A stretch of DNA of 7,898 bases from Octopus sinensis (taxonomy: Eukaryota). The notes beneath the pieces were generated by a model. The model was not told the origin of the DNA. It did not search any database and saw nothing but the letters and a program-made list of their open reading frames with translations. Positions 1 through 7,326 of the stretch are shown in pieces. The stretch's first letter is position 1, and every line of letters starts with the position of its first letter. The DNA is taken from assembly GCF_006345805.1 (NCBI RefSeq), contig NW_021828718.1, forward strand, positions 1 to 7,898, read 5' to 3'. The translations under genes were made by a program, and so were the position numbers.

Positions 1-146
1 CGTTACTAATTTTTGTGCCAGCTGAGTGGACTGGAGCAAAGTGAAATGAAGTGCTCAAGACACGACACGTCACCCGGTCCAGGAATCGAAACCACACTCT
101 ACGATCATGACGCTGACACCCTATCCACTAAGCCATGCGCCTCCAC
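1..146 (-). mobile_element. tRNA-derived SINE, 5' part (CORE-type body), cut off by the window edge
   Basis: Minus strand reads GTGGAGGCGCATGGCTTAGTGG...GGTTTCGATTCCTGGACCGGG...GTCTTGAGCACTTCATTTCAC. Pol III A box TGGCTTAGTGG at 125-135 and B box GGTTTCGATTCC at 82-93, followed by a CORE-like segment. No tRNA acceptor stem closure, so a SINE rather than a tRNA gene. Confidence 0.85.
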
Positions 147-423
<277 letters not shown>

Positions 424-981
424 AGAAAGACACACAGACATACATCCATACAAGTAGGTCACATAAATAATTGACTGCCACATTCCTCGCGCACGATCCA
501 TTCAATCGTCCACCAGAAGTGTTTGTTTTAATAAACGAATATTCCGCCACCAAACTCTATTGAAATAACAAAAATTTGATATCAAGTTTTCATTGCTCTG
601 ATTAGATATAGATCGATATCGATTTGTCGATCTGTCCCTTGCATCACCTTACCCCGTCCCTACACGTCTCCGTCACCTTTAATCGATATTGTCTCTTTGT
701 TTCTAAATCATTCATGAAAAATTCTTTCTGTTGCGTTTGTCATTTGTGTTGGCAATTGTTTTATTGTTTACTTTGTTTATTTTTTAGCTATTATTATTAT
801 TATTTTATTTTTTACTTTAAAATTTTTCCCTTTTCTTCCAGAAAAGGTTGATTAAATCTTGTCATAATTTCTTGTGAATCAATCTGTGTAATGCGAGAAT
901 GTACAGTTGTGTCTTTTGTACAGAAAGTGTATATTTCGAGGTGTGGAATTATACCTACAAGGTTACTAGTACATATCTATA

Positions 982-1040
982 TGTGTGTGTGTGTGTGTGT
1001 GTGTATGAGTGTTTGTGAGTGAGTGTAAATAGTGTGTGTG
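982..1040. repeat. (TG)n microsatellite, degenerate towards the 3' end
   Basis: Pure TG run 982-1004, then TGAG/TTTG variants. Confidence 0.95.
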
Positions 1041-1217
1041 TAGCTGTGTGGTAAGTAGCTTGCTTACCAACCACGTGCTTCCAGATTCAGTCCCACTGCG
1101 TGGCACCTTGGGCTAGTGTCTTCTACTATAGCCTCGGGCCGATTTGCTTGACTAAAGAATAACCGTTGAAGGTAGTACTCCAGCATGGCCGCAGACAGAT
1201 TCCTGAAACGAATAAAG
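1039..1217 (+). mobile_element. tRNA-derived CORE-SINE (octopus OR2-like), internally deleted
   Basis: A-box-like TAGCTGTGTGG (1041-1051), B-box-like GATTCAGTCCC (1084-1094), CORE-like GCGTGGCACCTTGGGCTAGTGTCTTCTACTATAGCCTCGGGCCGA, then the tail GATTTGCTTGACTAAA...CTCCAGCATGGCCGCAG...TGAAAC. Family name and full-length structure are from recollection of octopus repeats. Confidence 0.8.
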
Positions 1218-1252
1218 GTGTGCGTGTGTGTGTGTGTGTGTGTGTATGTATA
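1218..1252. repeat. (TG)n microsatellite
   Basis: Directly visible, immediately after the SINE tail. Confidence 0.95.
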
Positions 1253-1403
1253 CTAACAACGAATGAAGCCTATTGGTTCTTTTTAACACTTACTCTGAAC
1301 TCAAGTTTACGGTACCAACCCATTCCTGGAGCCCTACTTATTGATATGCCTAGATTCTCACCTCCGAGACTTTCTCACCTCCCGTGCAGGCTCGTACCTG
1401 CTC

Positions 1404-1880
1404 ATGTGTGTGCATGTGTAAGTATGTGTGTGTGTATGTATGCATATGTATATGCATATATGTACACGTACATCTTATGAATATGTGCCTATACTCATAT
1501 AGATATATAATCATATATTTACATATGTATGAATATATACGTATAATATATATACATATATGAATATATGTGTATGCGAGTGTATATATTTGTATGTGCA
1601 TACCTGCATGTGTGTGTGCGTGCTTGCATGCGTGCATGTGTGTTTGTGAGTGCGTGCATGCGTGTCATGTGTGTGCGTGTGTATGTGTGTGTCCGTGTGT
1701 GCATGCGTGTGTATGTGTGTGCTTACGTGGTGCGTGAGTGTGTGTGTATGCATGTGTGCGTGTGACTGTATGTGTGTGCTTGTGTGTAAATGCGAGTGTG
1801 CGTGCATATGTGTATGTGCGCGTGCGTGCGTGCGTGCGTGCGTGTTTTGTGTGTGTGTGTGTGTGCTTGTGTGTGTGTGT

Positions 1881-1918
<38 letters not shown>
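1404..1918. repeat. Mosaic alternating purine-pyrimidine tract: (TG)n, (TA)n, (TATG)n, (TGCG)n
   Basis: Directly visible; accounts for all CVCV/HTHT ORFs at 1350-2017. Confidence 0.97.
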
Positions 1919-1920
<2 letters not shown>

Positions 1921-2199
1921 GTGCCTAGACTGCTGTAACGCATCACGCACTCTTTTCAACAAAAAATGTCTTTCTTTGCTGAAAGCCTTATTGATCACGT
2001 GTCGTCTACGTCATTAATAAGCGAAGCAAGATAATGGCAAACGGTAAAATGGCCAGCAAAGAATCCTCACCAATATCCCGTTGCATTGACAATCCAAAGA
2101 CGAGACTTTCGGCACTTGGCACTTGTTTTCACAATGTCAATCGATAAATTAATGAAAAGATTTTGTTGTTATTGTGGTTCATATTCTTTATAACGACGC

Positions 2200-2242
<43 letters not shown>

Positions 2243-2455
2243 CATGGTGGTCATGGTGATGGTCAAGGTAATGGTGATGGTAGTGGGGCTGTGGCTGGGG
2301 CTGGTAACGGTTTTTATGGTGGTGATGTCGTTGGTGGTTAGGTGGTTTGGTGTGGTGGTGGTGGTGGTGGCGGCGGCGTTGGTGATGACGCAGTTGTTGG
2401 TGATGATGTTGCTGCTGATGACGATGAGTATGATGGTGATGCTGATGTCGATGTC
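2200..2455. repeat. (GAT)n/(GGT)n trinucleotide repeat, degenerate
   Basis: Pure GAT run 2201-2230, then GGT/GAT/GCT variants in the same phase. Confidence 0.95.
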
Positions 2456-2840
2456 ACGTTTCAAAATTTGTGCTTCTTTGACTTGAGTATTTTTATTTAT
2501 TTTATTATTTTTTTCTTTCCTTTTCTTTTTATTGTTGTTGTTTGCTCTTTTCTTCCTGTCCGCACAGAACACAAGACTTCACTTTCGCATCTGTTCTTTC
2601 CTAACTCGGAAACGTATAATTTGAGGAAATATTGACTGCTATTTCGTTGCCTTATCTTGGTAGACACGATGGTTCTTATTGATCTGGCCGCGGTTCCTTT
2701 AATTCTGTTTTTTGTTTTCTCCTTGCTTTTCCTTTAGCAATGGCGACGTTCGTTGTCATCGTGAATATAAAACAAAAATGGTGGCCAATGACTTGGTTAC
2801 AATTATTGTGGCTGACATTGCAATGATCGCTACTGCTAAC

Positions 2841-3426
2841 TGTTGTTGTCGTTGTTGTTGTTGTTGTTTCAGTTTTTCTTGTTGTTGCTGCTGCTGTTGC
2901 TACTGTTGCTGTTGTTGATTCTGTTTTACTTGTTATTGCTGTTATTGTTGTTGATGTTGTTGGTGTTGTTTCTGTTTTTCTTCTAGGTTTTGCTGCTGTT
3001 GTTGCTCTTGCTCTTGTTGTTGTGGCTGTTGCTGTTGTTGATTCTGTTTTTCTTCTTGTTGTTGCTGCTGTTGTTGCTGCTGCTGTTATTGCTGTTGTAC
3101 TTTCTGTTTTCCTTATTGTTGTTGATTCTATTTTTCTTGTTGCTGCTGCTGCTGTTATTGCTGTTATTGCTGTTGTACTTTCTGTTTTCCTTGTTGTTGT
3201 TGTTGTTGTTGTTGTTTGTGAGTTCTGTTTTCTTTGCTGCTGCTGTTATTGCCATTGTTGTTGTGGCTGTTGCTGTTGTTGATTCTGTTTTTCTTGTTGT
3301 TGTTGTTGTTGTTATTACTGTTATTGTTCCTGTTTTTCTTGTTGTTGCTGCTGCTGTTTTCGTTGTTGTCTCTGTTTTTCTTATTGTTATTGTTGTTGTT
3401 GCTGTTGTCCTAGTAAACGTTGTTGT
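2841..3426. repeat. Compound (GTT/GCT)n repeat punctuated by 11 copies of a TCTGTTTTTCTT-like 12-mer
   Basis: 12-mer variants start at 2869, 2920, 2971, 3043, 3103, 3127, 3181, 3224, 3284, 3329 and 3371. Confidence 0.95.
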
Positions 3427-3452
3427 ATTTCTTTCTGTCTACAACTGCTACG

Positions 3453-3816
<364 letters not shown>

Positions 3817-3893
3817 GTAAGACCAAGGAATCTGACGGAACACGTTCCCTTTACTACTAATGTCACAGTTGATTTGGAATCGAATAAGAACAC

Positions 3894-3999
3894 CAACAAC
3901 TGCAACAATAAACACAGCAAGAATAATTACAACAACAACAGCAACGACAACATGACTAACAACGACCGCAGCAGCAACAACAACAGCAACAACAACAAC
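3894..3999. repeat. Degenerate (AAC/AGC)n repeat
   Basis: Directly visible. Confidence 0.85.
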
Positions 4000-4033
4000 T
4001 GGAAAAAAGAAAAAAAACACAGAAAAACGCGTG

Positions 4034-4123
4034 GGCCAATTATATGCATTCTAGCATTACATCTCGTCAATTCGAAGCAGTTTCGTAATATAAATAACAA
4101 GTTTTGCCGTTTGCTCTCAGAAT
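4034..4123 (+). promoter_or_regulatory. Candidate Pol II core promoter (CCAAT - TATA - Inr-like)
   Basis: GGCCAAT at 4034-4040, TATAAATA at 4089-4096 and TCAGAAT with A at 4119 (30 nt after the TATA start, about 80 nt after CCAAT). Motif spacing only; the same CAG also reads as a splice acceptor. Confidence 0.2.
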
Positions 4124-4406
4124 AACCGTTCCGTTGGTCAGTGGAATCATTTAGATTAAAGCCAAAGGAGGAAAGGGGAAAAAAATAACACTGGAATTTT
4201 GTAGACCCTGGCGACTGCTAATCAAAGACAAATTCTATAATTAATATGTATTGGAGAAACCATAAATCAGGATGAAAGCTCTGCTCCCCAGGCATTTATT
4301 AGAAGTGTATTGTGATGTCTATCTACGTATTGCAGCGGCTTTAGGTTTCTCTATACGTATGTGTTCGTATATATGTTTCGTATATAAGTGCGTGCACGAG
4401 TGTTTG

Positions 4407-4575
4407 TCTATGTGTGTGTGTGTGTGCTTGTGTATATGTGTGTGTGTGTGTGTGTTTCAATCGTGTAACTTACGTCTTAGTTACGAATTTTCTACATATT
4501 TTCGTATATGTTGTATTGCATAAATGTGACTGTATGTATGTGTGTGTGTGTGTGTGTTTGTCATGTCTGTGCGTG
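4407..4575. repeat. Two (TG)n tracts (about 4407-4453 and 4533-4557) with degenerate flanks
   Basis: Directly visible. Confidence 0.9.
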
Positions 4576-4645
4576 TGCGGCGTAGTGTAAGAGCATGCAT
4601 ATATCTCTGCTGTCACCCTCATCGTCTCTCGCTTTCTCTCTGCAG

Positions 4646-4716
4646 ATGACGTTGAAGTGGAAGGAGAACCAAAGAAGTACGGAGAAGGAAGGGGATGTGG
4701 ACGACGACAAAAATGA
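4646..4716 (+). CDS. Hypothetical short terminal exon (xDVEVEGEPKKYGEGRGCGRRQK*)
   Basis: Polypyrimidine tract plus TGCAG| acceptor at 4645; phase-1 frame open to TGA 4714-4716. No homology recognised. Confidence 0.12.
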
Positions 4717-4831
4717 TGATGATGATGATGATGATAATAATAATAGTAATAATGATGATAATGATGATGATGATGGTGATTATGATGATGATGATGAGGA
4801 TGATGATGAGGGATGATGCAATAATAATAAT
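4714..4831. repeat. (GAT)n/(AAT)n trinucleotide repeat adjoining the SINE tail
   Basis: Directly visible; the terminal (AAT)n is the (ATT)n 3' tail of the minus-strand SINE. Confidence 0.95.
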
Positions 4832-5029
4832 AGATGCAAATTTTAGCACAAGGCCTGACGTTTTGGAGGAGTGGGTAAGTCGATTACACCGACCCAAGTT
4901 CTCAACTGGTAATTATTTTATTGACCCCGAAAGGATGAAAGGCAAAGTCGACATCGGTGGAATTTGAACTCTGAACGTAAATATGTACGAAATACCACGA
5001 AGCGTTTTGCCCGGCGCGGTAACGATTCT
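4820..5029 (-). mobile_element. tRNA-derived octopus-type SINE, copy 1 (tail variant B), missing about 15 nt of its 5' end
   Basis: Minus strand has B box GAGTTCAAATTCC, central GTCGACTTTGCCTTTCATCCTTTCGGGGTCAATAAAAT and tail ...TCAGGCCTTGTGC...(ATT)n; aligns with the copies at 5030-5443 and 5887-6070. Confidence 0.9.
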
Positions 5030-5211
5030 TATTTCTTTATTGCCCACAAGGGGCTAAACACAGAAGGAAAAATAAAGACAGACAAACGGATTAAGTCGAT
5101 TACATCGACTCCAGTGCGTAACTGTTCCTTAATTTATCGATCCCGAAAGGATGAAAGGCAAAGTCGACCTCGACGGAATTTGAACTCTGAACGTAAATAC
5201 GAACGAAATAC
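5030..5211 (-). mobile_element. Same SINE family, copy 2 (tail variant A), 5'-truncated
   Basis: Shares CGAAAGGATGAAAGGCAAAGTCGAC...GGAATTTGAACTC with copies 1 and 3; homology stops at ...CGAAATAC (5211). Confidence 0.9.
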
Positions 5212-5443
5212 ATATTTCTTTACTACCCACAAGGAGCTAAACACAGAGAGGGCAAACAAGGACAGATAAACGGATTAAGTCGCTTATATCGACCCGTGTG
5301 TAGCTGTTCCTTAATTTATCCACCCCGAAAGGATGAAAGGCAAAGTCGACCTCGGCGGAATTTGAACTCAGACCGTAACGGCAGACGAAATACCGCTAAG
5401 CATTTCGCCCGGCGTGCTAAAGATTCTGCGAGGTCGTTGCCTT
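5212..5443 (-). mobile_element. Same SINE family, copy 3 (tail variant A), essentially full length
   Basis: Extends through the head to AAGGCAACGACCTCGCAGAATC on the minus strand; B box at 5357-5369; A box diverged. Confidence 0.9.
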
Positions 5444-5886
5444 CGTTTCATCTAATATCAATTCTCTACTTGCATTTCATATTTCTTTTTAAAACCAAAA
5501 AGCAATCATGTCTTCTAAATGACATATTTTTTATCAATAAATTCCTCTAAACTTCAGATTCTTGTTCCTGCGCCAAACCGTAATACTTTCAATAATTCCA
5601 TCATCTTGGAACATTCGAAAATAACTTCTTAGATTTTTCCTGTACTTTGAATGCAATTATCCTAATTGGTAAACATGGCGAAGCATGTTTTTCCCCAAAT
5701 TCCATTATAGAAAATATCGATGACGTAATCATTATAATTCAGAACCAAAAAGCTAAATCTGGGAATTTCTTTTAACTCAGCTTACTTCAACGTAGCGGAT
5801 TTTACAGTCATTCTTATCGTTGTGCTGTACATTTTACTATGAATTAAACAGCTGGTAGTGATATCATTACAGTTATTTCTGCTATT

Positions 5887-6070
5887 AAGGTAGCGAGCTG
5901 GCACTATCATTGCCAGGTTCTGAACTCAAATTCTGCCATGGTCGACTTAGCCTTTTATCCTCTTGGGGTCAATAAAATCAGCACTGGTTGAGTAGAAGAG
6001 TCGATGTAATAGACTAGCCCCACCCCACCCCACTTCGGCCAAGTTTCAGGTCAAGTGCCTATAAAAGAAT
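5887..6070 (+). mobile_element. Same SINE family, diverged and internally deleted copy in opposite orientation (tail variant B)
   Basis: AAGGTAGCGAGCTGGCA head, then 5917-5978 matching the reverse complement of 4915-4976 at 50/62 positions by manual alignment; tail TCAGGTCAAGTGCCTATAAAAG. Confidence 0.85.
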
Positions 6071-6177
6071 GAATTTTTATATAAGGGTTAACATTGTATT
6101 TTCAAGCAAGTTGTCTGGAGTTATATCACAAAGGAATCTGCGTCAAAGAATCAGGAATTGATCCCGGATGCTTAATT

Positions 6178-6566
6178 AAACCTCGTTCCACTGCGCAAGA
6201 ACATCTCAAACAGATTGGGAAAGGGTATACAGAAGGGAAGTGGGTGCCTCGTGGGCTGTAAACGGCATATTCAGCAAAAATGCCCCCTAGATAAATTCAT
6301 TGGGCTGGGAAAATCTACCTTATCACCCTACTCACTAGACGTAGCACCATCAGATTTTTACTTCAACACTTTACCAGTGGAACAACATTCAGAAGCAGAG
6401 GCCAACGTTGATCTGACACTCCAAGCATTTTTCACTTTTTATACAACCTGACATTTTGCCCAAACAATCCGAAAACCGGTTTCGATGTGGAATTATTTTT
6501 ATTATTATTATTATTTATTTATTTATCTATTTTGCTACGGATGGCAATCACCTTTTGAATGGATAA
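6178..6566 (+). pseudogene. Mariner transposase pseudogene A
   Basis: KPRSTAQEHLKQIGKGYTEGKWVPRGL* (WVPHEL-like motif at 6241-6258); LGWENLP (6300-6320); after a frameshift PYSLDVAPSDFY (YSPDLAPSD motif at 6326-6355); degenerate C-terminus to ATDGNH...* at 6566. Stops and frameshifts present. Confidence 0.88.
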
Positions 6567-6605
6567 ATATATTTACATGTTTCTGTTGATTACAACTCAT
6601 TACGT

Positions 6606-6635
6606 GAAATGTGACTTTACTTTTCGATACTCTAA
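6606..6635 (-). repeat. 3' terminal inverted repeat of mariner A (no partner in window)
   Basis: Reverse complement TTAGAGTATCGAAAAGTAAAGTCACATTTC resembles mariner TIRs of the TTAGGTTGGTGCAAAAGTAA type and is flanked by TA, about 70 nt after the transposase stop. Confidence 0.7.
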
Positions 6636-6645
6636 TATTAGATAT

Positions 6646-6730
6646 GTGGAGGCCTAGTGGTTATAGCAGCGGACTCGCGGTCGAGGGATCGTGGGTTCGA
6701 GTCTTAGACCGGGCGATGTGTGTGTTTATT
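6646..6730 (+). mobile_element. tRNA-like SINE head (tRNA-Arg-like), 3'-truncated
   Basis: GTGGAGGCCTAGTGG (A-box-like) ... GGTTCGAGTCT (B box, 6694-6704) AGACCGGGCG; colinear with the head of the SINE at 1-146 apart from a 7-nt gap in the A-box region. Confidence 0.85.
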
Positions 6731-7251
6731 GGTAAAAGGGAAAAACCTCAACTTTAATCGAGAAGGGAACTTCATAGGAAAAAGATTCTTCTCTCTATCT
6801 GGTGGGATTGCTAAGGAGTAATTCACTTCGAATTGTTATCACCTAATGCAACAATCAATGCTCAATTCTACTGTCAGCAATTAGAACGTTTGAACCAAGC
6901 TTTGAAGAAAAAAAGACCTGCTTTAGTGAATCGAAAAGGATTGACGTTTCATCAGGACAATGTGCGACCCCACACTGCAAAGATCACATATAGAAGATCG
7001 AAGAGCTTGGTTGGTAAAAAATTCCCCATCCACCTTATTCTCCCAACCTTGCTCCTTCAAGCTACCATTTGTTTCGTAGTTTATAGAATCATTTGGGGGA
7101 CATAACTTTCGCAAGCCAGGAGGAGGTTGAAACTGATATTTCAGAGTTCTTCGCTTTGAAACCAAAAGAGTTTTAAATTGATGGGATTAAAAAGCTTGTA
7201 AATAGATGGAAGGAAGTAATAGATAATCAGGGAAAGTACATTGATGATTAA
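6731..7251 (+). pseudogene. Mariner DD34D transposase pseudogene B (catalytic domain and C-terminus)
   Basis: ELHRKKILLSIWWDC*GVIHFELLSPNATINAQFYCQQL...FHQDNVRPH; after a frameshift near 6990 KIEELGW*KIPHPPYSPNLAPSSYHLFRSL*NHL...LVNRWKEVIDNQGKYIDD*. Asp codon at 6956 and the third catalytic position at 7060 (now AGC) are 104 nt apart versus 105 for D34D, matching a 1-nt deletion. Five internal stops. Confidence 0.96.
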
Positions 7252-7298
7252 ATTTCTATTAACTATATCATTTGATCACTTGTTTTCTTTATTCAACA

Positions 7299-7326
7299 TT
7301 CGAACAGAACTTATGTGATGACCTGA
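7299..7326 (-). repeat. 3' terminal inverted repeat of mariner B (no convincing partner in window)
   Basis: Reverse complement TCAGGTCATCACATAAGTTCTGTTCGAA, a typical mariner YYAGGT terminus flanked by TA; differs from TIR A. Confidence 0.8.

Larger units (their letters stand above)
6130..6637 (+). mobile_element. Mariner (Tc1/mariner) transposon relic A, 5'-truncated and internally deleted, with 3' TIR and TA
   Basis: Transposase motifs plus a terminal TIR-like sequence ending ...TCTAA followed by TA (6636-6637). The 5' boundary is approximate. Confidence 0.85.

Noticed and set aside
1-146. Functional tRNA gene at 1-146 or 6646-6730
   Set aside because: A and B boxes are present but there is no complete cloverleaf or acceptor stem, and the sequence continues into SINE body.
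452-475. AGTAGGTCACATAA (also TCAGGTC-like matches near 6047 and 7764) as the missing 5' TIR of mariner B
   Set aside because: Matches are short or gapped, lack a flanking TA at the terminus and are not followed by transposase sequence.
4920-4960. HDV-like ribozyme in the SINE central domain (GTCGAC...GTCGAT pairing, CCTTTCGGGG hairpin)
   Set aside because: I could not assign P1.1, P4 or the catalytic J4/2 strand; a covariance-model search would be needed.
4820-5443. CRISPR-like or ordinary satellite array from the thrice-repeated GAAAGGATGAAAGGCAAAGTCGAC
   Set aside because: The intervening sequences are homologous to each other and an inverted copy exists nearby; these are SINE copies in a eukaryotic context.
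5450-5880. AT-rich stretch with a weak mariner N-terminus-like reading (DKK...LLFGFKK) on the minus strand
   Set aside because: Needs stops and frameshifts over a very short AT-rich match, with no supporting motif or TIR. It may be an unclassified repeat but cannot be called.
6018-6031. G-quadruplex on the minus strand (GGGGTGGGGTGGGG)
   Set aside because: Only three G-runs; part of the SINE tail.
6215-7165. Intact or domesticated transposase (SETMAR-like) from the 78- and 90-aa ORFs, and the antisense 80-aa ORF
   Set aside because: Multiple stops, frameshifts, loss of catalytic residues and no SET domain; the antisense ORF is a by-product.
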